The position numbers and the translations under genes are program-made. A stretch of 61,863 bases of DNA, the filler included, from Basidiobolus meristosporus CBS 931.73 (Eukaryota > Fungi > Basidiobolomycota): NCBI GenBank assembly GCA_002104905.1. It is 3 parts of 3 records of this genome, joined end to end, with 100 filler letters (N's around TTAATTAATTAA, not from the genome) between each part and the next. Parts side by side here need not be neighbours in the genome. Positions count along the whole stretch, not along the records: positions 53,726 to 61,863 come from MCFE01001343.1; 2 more parts are not named here. One strand, given 5' to 3'. The notes below the pieces were generated by a model. That model saw nothing but the letters and a program-made list of their open reading frames with translations, was not told where the DNA came from and made no database searches. Below, in pieces: positions 56,886 to 61,863 of the stretch; the first letter of the stretch is position 1; each line of letters starts with the position of its first letter.

Positions 56886-57877
56886 TTTCACGCTTGGAAC
56901 ATGTCCAGATATCTAATATTCAGTGGGAGTTGTCAGCCAGCATTATCAGAATTATGGATCTGATCATATTGGAGCAGTTAAGCAGACTTTTAGATACCAT
57001 TTCAGATATCTGCTTAAGATATAATTGTAAGGAGTTAAAACGGGATCTTGCAGGATACTCTGATGTGTATTGGGAGATCAGTTGGAATACAGATAATCCA
57101 CCATAGGATACACCTTTCCTTACTGCAAAGGAGCAGTTTCATAGAATTCAAGAAAGCAACTAACCATAGCACTCTCTACCACAGAGGCAGAGTATATTGC
57201 AGCTTGTGAAGCTACAGAAGAAGCAATGTGGTTCCAAAAGCCTTTTACAGATTTAGGCCTAAGTCAAAAAACACCTATTACTTATTTCATGATAATCAAG
57301 GATGTACAAAGTTAGGTAGAAATCCAACCTTTCATGCTAGAACCAAGCACATAAATATTAGACATCATTTCATATGTGAAGCTATAGAGCATAACAAGTT
57401 AGCTTAATTTACTGTCCTTCAGATGATATGATTGCAGACATATTTATGAAACATTAGCTAGAGATGAGCTTGAATATCTTAGGTCAAAATTAGGACTGGT
57501 CAGTATGAGCATTTAGCAGAGTGGGAGTGTTGTAGAAGTTTGTAAGTCCACCTAGATATTCACCTAACTTAGTCACTTAGATCATTACCTTCAAATCCTA
57601 GAGAATACTAACCAAATTCCTTGTTGGGATTTACATAGAATATTTTCACCACAATACCAGGTACCCAGATCATGAAAATTCTCAAAGTTGTCCAAGCATC
57701 CCCAAACTTTGCACACATGCTCTTGGGACCTTCTTTAACCTATTCTGTGTGCTTGTAATGCCAAGACCATGTAAAGGTATAAGTACTACTTTTACACACA
57801 ATAAATCTCTGAGTGAAAACCACATAATCTACTTGTCCTCCTAAATAACTTCTAATATCTTCAAGACTCTTACAACA
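56886..57877 (+). mobile_element. Degenerate Copia 3' end (RT/RNaseH, PPT, 3' LTR 57528-57877)
   Basis: GYSDVYW, TTEAEYIAACEA, HARTKHI; PPT GAGTGGGAG then TGTTGTA...TACAACA (350 bp). Confidence 0.9.
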
Positions 57878-57942
57878 CAAGCAAGTACTCTATGTACCAG
57901 AAATTGCCAAGAACCTACTCTCTGTAAGTGAGACCTCAGCAG

Positions 57943-60900
57943 TGTTGTAAGAGTCTTGGAGATATTGGAAGTGACTTGGAGAACAAGTAGATTATGTGGT
58001 TTTCACTTAATGATTTATTGAATGTAAAAGTAGTATTTATACTTTTACATGGTCTTGGCATTACAAACACATAGAATAGGTTAAGGAAGGTCCCAAGAAC
58101 ATGTGTGCAAAGTTTGGGGCTGTTTGGACAACTTTGAGAATTTTCATGTTCTGGGTACCTGGTATTTTGGTGAAAATATTCTAAGTAAATCCCAACAAGG
58201 AATTTGGTCAGTATTCTCTAGGATTTGAAGGTAATGATCTAAGTGACTAAGTTAGGTGAATATTTAGGTGGAAAATACAAATTTTTACAACACTCCCACT
58301 CAGCTAAATGTTCATACTGACTAGTCCTAATTTTGACCTAAGATATTCAAACTTGTCTCTAGCTAATGGTTTGGTAAATATGTCTGCAATCATTTCATCT
58401 GTAGGACAGTAAACTAAGCTAACTAAGTTATTCTCTATAGCTTCACGTATGAGATGATGTCTAATATCTATGTGCTTGGTTCTAGCATGAAAAGTTGGAT
58501 TTCTACCTAATTGTATACATCCTTGATTATCTTGAAATAAAGTAATAGGCGTTTTTTGACATAGGCCTAAATCTGTAAAGAGCTTTCTTAACCACATTGC
58601 TTCTTTTGTAGCTTCACAGGCTGCCATATACTCTGCCTCTGTAGTAGAAAGAGCTACGGTTGGTTGCTTTCTTGAATTCCATGAAATGGCTCCTTTACAG
58701 TAAAGAAAGGTATATCCTGTGGTGGATCTTCTGTCTTCTAAATTTCGTCCCCAATCAGCATCAGAGTATCCCACAAGATCCTGTTCTGAATCCTTATAAG
58801 TGTATCTTAAGCAGATATCAGCAGTTCCTTTTAGGTATCTAAAAATCCGCTTAACTGCTGCAATATGATCAGATCCATAATTCTGATTATGTTGGCTGAC
58901 AACTCCCACTGAATATGAGATATCTGGACGTGTTCCAAGCATGATATACATCAGACTGCCGACCATAGATTGATAAGGAAAGTCAGGGCTTTCAGATGGC
59001 ACCAAGCTCTCTTGATTTGGTTGAGTTTTGACCAAGTTAAGGTTTGTCTCCATTGGGGTAGCTGCCGGTTTGCAGTCTTCCATTTTGTACTTCTTTAGTA
59101 TATCTTGAATATACTTGGTTTGGCTCAGGGTAATAGTCTGGGTACTTCTGTCTATGGAGAACTTAATCCCTAAGTAGTAACTAAGTTCTCCTAGATCGGA
59201 CATCTTGAACTCCTTAGATAGGCTGGATTTAGTCTCTTCCAATGTTTCTAGGTTATTGGCGGCTATAATAAGATCATCCACATATAGAGCTAATAGAACT
59301 GGATTTGCTCTATCTGGCTTATAGTATATACTATAGTCAGCATTACTCCTTTTGAAACTCAAAGATTCCAAATAAGAATCTATCTTGCAATTCCAGGCTC
59401 TCGGTGATTGTTTGAGACCATATAGTGACTTTTTAAGCTTGCAGACCAAATGGGGGTTATCTTGGTCAACAAACCCATCAGGCTGGTCCATATACACGTC
59501 CTCATCAAGTTCTCCATTCAAAAATGCAGCTTTTACATCCATTTGATGAATAAAAAACTTATATTTGGCTGCAATAGCCAATATTAATCTGATGGAATTA
59601 AACTTGGCTACTGGTGCAAAGGTCTCAGTATAGTCAAGTCCTTTTGTTTGAGAGTATCCTTTGGCTACAAGTCTTGCTTTGTATCTTTCAATTGTACCAT
59701 CAGCCTTGTATTTTGTCTTGAAGACCCATCTGCATCCAATTGATTTTTGGTTGATTGGTAATTTGACTAAGTCCCAAGTTTGATTTTCCATCAGTGCCTG
59801 ATATTCCTCAGTCATTGCAGATCTCCAAAACTTTGTCTGAGGGCTATTTAGGGCCTCTTTTACAGTCTGGGGCTCATCAACATGGACTGAATAGGCATAG
59901 GCTAAGTTTGTACCCTCATTGATATAGTAATTTGGGCTATTTCTTGTCCGATTGGATCTCTGGGCATTTGATACTGGAATGATCACTTCTGGGATATTCC
60001 TGGGCACTGATTCTGGCTGAACTACGGTTGTAGAGTCCTCTGGAGTGAAAAAATTTTCATTGTTTTGCTCTGATTCAATCCTGACAATTGGTGGACTTGA
60101 GATCAAATTTTCGTCATCATCTGATGTCATTTTTTGTGAGAATTTTGAATTTTCATCAAACAACACATCCCTGGACTTGATCAGCTTCTTTACTTTGGTA
60201 TTGTAGAGTCTGTATGCCTTACTCTCATTGCAGTAGCCCAAAAATATGCATTTTACACTTTTTGGCTCAAATTTTGACTGATTTCCGGCCAGTTTTTTGG
60301 CATATGCTGTACACCCAAATATTCTTAGATGTTCTGCACTTGGTCTGTATCCATACCATGCTTCAAGTGGAGTAGAATCACAAAGTATTCTGTTATAACT
60401 CCTATTTTTAAGATATACAGCAGTGGCAACTGATTCCGCCCAAAAATCATAGGATAATTTTTGATCATGGATCATAGATCTTGCCATATCAATTATTGAT
60501 CTGTTAGCTCGTTCTGCTACTCCATTTTGCTGTGGGGAGTATGGTACAGTAGTCTCTTGCTTTATCCCATGAATTTTGCAGAAGTGGATGAAGAGTTTTG
60601 AGGTATATTCTCCACCATTGTCAGAGCGTATTTTCTTGATTTTTTCACCAGTTTCTCTCTCCACCATGGCTTTAAACTCCCTGAGCTTAGACAGAGCTTC
60701 TTCCTTTCTCTCCATGAAGTAGACCCATGTGTATCTTGTATAATCATCAATAAAAGTGATTAAATACTTCATCCCGCCTAAGGATAAATTTTGCATAGGT
60801 CCACACAGATCTGAGTGAATTAGATCTAATTTTTTCTTAGTTTTGATTAACCCAGAGCTCTTGAACGGTTGTCTGGCTTGTTTCCCATATATGCAGGCTT

Positions 60901-61863
60901 CACAGTGCTCCAAATTAGCTGGGGGATCAATTTTCACTCCAGAAATTAGCTGATCTTTGATCATTTTACGCAAATAATCAAAATTGATGTGTCCAAATCT
61001 CCTGTGCCAAAGCATTGGTGTTTCTTCATTTAAGTTACTTATATTGGCTTCCAGATATGATGGAATATAAGTCAACTTGTATAGGTTCTGATCTCTGATG
61101 CCCGAAGCAATATGAGCACCATTTTGATCAGTGATCCTGCATCCAGAATTGTCAAAACTGAAACTGAGTCCTTCTGCTGTGGCCTTGCTTACAGAGAGTA
61201 GGTTCTTGGCTATTTCTGGTACATAGAGTACTTCTTTAAAGGTCAGTGTATGGCTTCCTTCACTGCTTCTAAGGTTTACTTGGATAGTTCCTTCTCCCAC
61301 TGCATCAAGTGTTCTATCGTCACCCATGAAAACCTTCTTAATTGGAATTTCTTGATATTGGGTAAAAAGTTCTTTTTGGTGTGTAAAGTGTTGAGAAGCT
61401 CCAGAGTCAATATACCACGTCTGAGAATCCTTGTTTGTGGTCATATTTAGTGCAGATATGAATAGTCTATCTTCAGTTGTTGCAGCATTTCCATATTCAG
61501 GCTTCTTTTGCTGATAATCTCTCTTTTTGAAACACCGGTCTGATGTGTGTCCTTTCCTTTTGCAGTAGTTGCAAAATAGGTTGCTGTTGCCTTTGTAGGG
61601 TCTTGGGTACCTCCTTTGTTGGTTATCATTGCTTATTAAAGCATTTTCTTCTTCCTTCTTATTGGCGCTTGATTTTCTTAATTCTTCATCCAGGAGCCTT
61701 CCATATACGTAATTTAAGGTCAAATCTTCAGTTCTGGACTCTAGGGCTGATACAAGGCCCTGAAACTCGTCTGTCAGGCTATTCAGGATGGTAACTATCA
61801 CATCCTCATCAGTAGTTGGTACGCCCACAGATTCCATCTCATCTACCAGCAGGGTAATTCTGT
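57943..61863 (-). mobile_element. Ty1/Copia LTR retrotransposon, intact-looking; 3' LTR 57943-58292; 5' end beyond the window
   Basis: 350-bp LTR with TGTTGTAA/TTACAACA ends, PPT GAGTGGGAG, uninterrupted gag-pol. Confidence 0.97.
58304..61863 (-). CDS. Copia gag-pol polyprotein (5'-partial; frame open to the window edge)
   Basis: CNYCKRKGHTSDRC knuckle, WYIDSGASQH protease, WHRRFGH, DLCGP...SDNGGEY...AERANR integrase, LYGLKQSPR / YVDD RT, YSDADW...EAEY...DNQG RNase H. Confidence 0.97.
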   Translation of the reverse strand, partial: RITLLVDEMESVGVPTTDEDVIVTILNSLTDEFQGLVSALESRTEDLTLNYVYGRLLDEELRKSSANKKEEENALISNDNQQRRYPRPYKGNSNLFCNYCKRKGHTSDRCFKKRDYQQKKPEYGNAATTEDRLFISALNMTTNKDSQTWYIDSGASQHFTHQKELFTQYQEIPIKKVFMGDDRTLDAVGEGTIQVNLRSSEGSHTLTFKEVLYVPEIAKNLLSVSKATAEGLSFSFDNSGCRITDQNGAHIASGIRDQNLYKLTYIPSYLEANISNLNEETPMLWHRRFGHINFDYLRKMIKDQLISGVKIDPPANLEHCEACIYGKQARQPFKSSGLIKTKKKLDLIHSDLCGPMQNLSLGGMKYLITFIDDYTRYTWVYFMERKEEALSKLREFKAMVERETGEKIKKIRSDNGGEYTSKLFIHFCKIHGIKQETTVPYSPQQNGVAERANRSIIDMARSMIHDQKLSYDFWAESVATAVYLKNRSYNRILCDSTPLEAWYGYRPSAEHLRIFGCTAYAKKLAGNQSKFEPKSVKCIFLGYCNESKAYRLYNTKVKKLIKSRDVLFDENSKFSQKMTSDDDENLISSPPIVRIESEQNNENFFTPEDSTTVVQPESVPRNIPEVIIPVSNAQRSNRTRNSPNYYINEGTNLAYAYSVHVDEPQTVKEALNSPQTKFWRSAMTEEYQALMENQTWDLVKLPINQKSIGCRWVFKTKYKADGTIERYKARLVAKGYSQTKGLDYTETFAPVAKFNSIRLILAIAAKYKFFIHQMDVKAAFLNGELDEDVYMDQPDGFVDQDNPHLVCKLKKSLYGLKQSPRAWNCKIDSYLESLSFKRSNADYSIYYKPDRANPVLLALYVDDLIIAANNLETLEETKSSLSKEFKMSDLGELSYYLGIKFSIDRSTQTITLSQTKYIQDILKKYKMEDCKPAATPMETNLNLVKTQPNQESLVPSESPDFPYQSMVGSLMYIMLGTRPDISYSVGVVSQHNQNYGSDHIAAVKRIFRYLKGTADICLRYTYKDSEQDLVGYSDADWGRNLEDRRSTTGYTFLYCKGAISWNSRKQPTVALSTTEAEYMAACEATKEAMWLRKLFTDLGLCQKTPITLFQDNQGCIQLGRNPTFHARTKHIDIRHHLIREAIENNLVSLVYCPTDEMIADIFTKPLARDKFEYLRSKLGLVSMNI

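Noticed and set aside
1-61863. rRNA or tRNA genes, and numerous antisense ORFs in the track
   Set aside because: No rRNA or tRNA structure recognised; the antisense ORFs are shadows of real CDSs or TE frames.

Overview
Eukaryotic (fungal) genomic DNA, probably from an early-diverging lineage; the host is inferred from the gene types and short GT-AG introns, not proven. The window is a TE-dense mosaic with two 100-bp assembly gaps (24763-24862, 53626-53725). (1) 1-14.5 kb: nested CMC/EnSpm (CACTA-type) DNA transposons with CCCTATGAAAA ends. These are interrupted by a Copia solo LTR and by two independent insertions of a 2.3-kb TGT...ACA element with 4-bp TSDs. (2) 14.5-15.3 kb: DDE_Tnp_4 remnants. 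(3) 17.2-19.9 kb: an intact Zn2Cys6 transcription factor, then a decayed AT-rich RNA-primed family-B DNA polymerase at 20.8-21.5 kb, possibly an endogenous large DNA virus relic. (4) 21.9-26.8 kb: dead Copia elements. (5) 29-38.6 kb: a host gene island (F-box, Nbp2/Skb5-like SH3, secreted double ricin-B lectin, TMEM230-like, BBE fragment). (6) 39-48.2 kb: a same-polarity head-to-tail array of LINE and LINE-like 3' ends from three sequence families, each abutting TTAGGG-like repeats, ending in a full-length APE-RT LINE with open ORFs. (7) 48.2-53.6 kb: a collapsed NRPS relic and clusters of small secreted or repeat-protein paralogs. (8) 53.7-61.9 kb: a Copia cluster including one copy with an intact gag-pol. 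The strongest candidates for new biology are the telomere-repeat-primed LINE array, the polB relic and the GCG(C/G)-targeting 2.3-kb element. All domain calls come from motifs read by eye; no searches were run.
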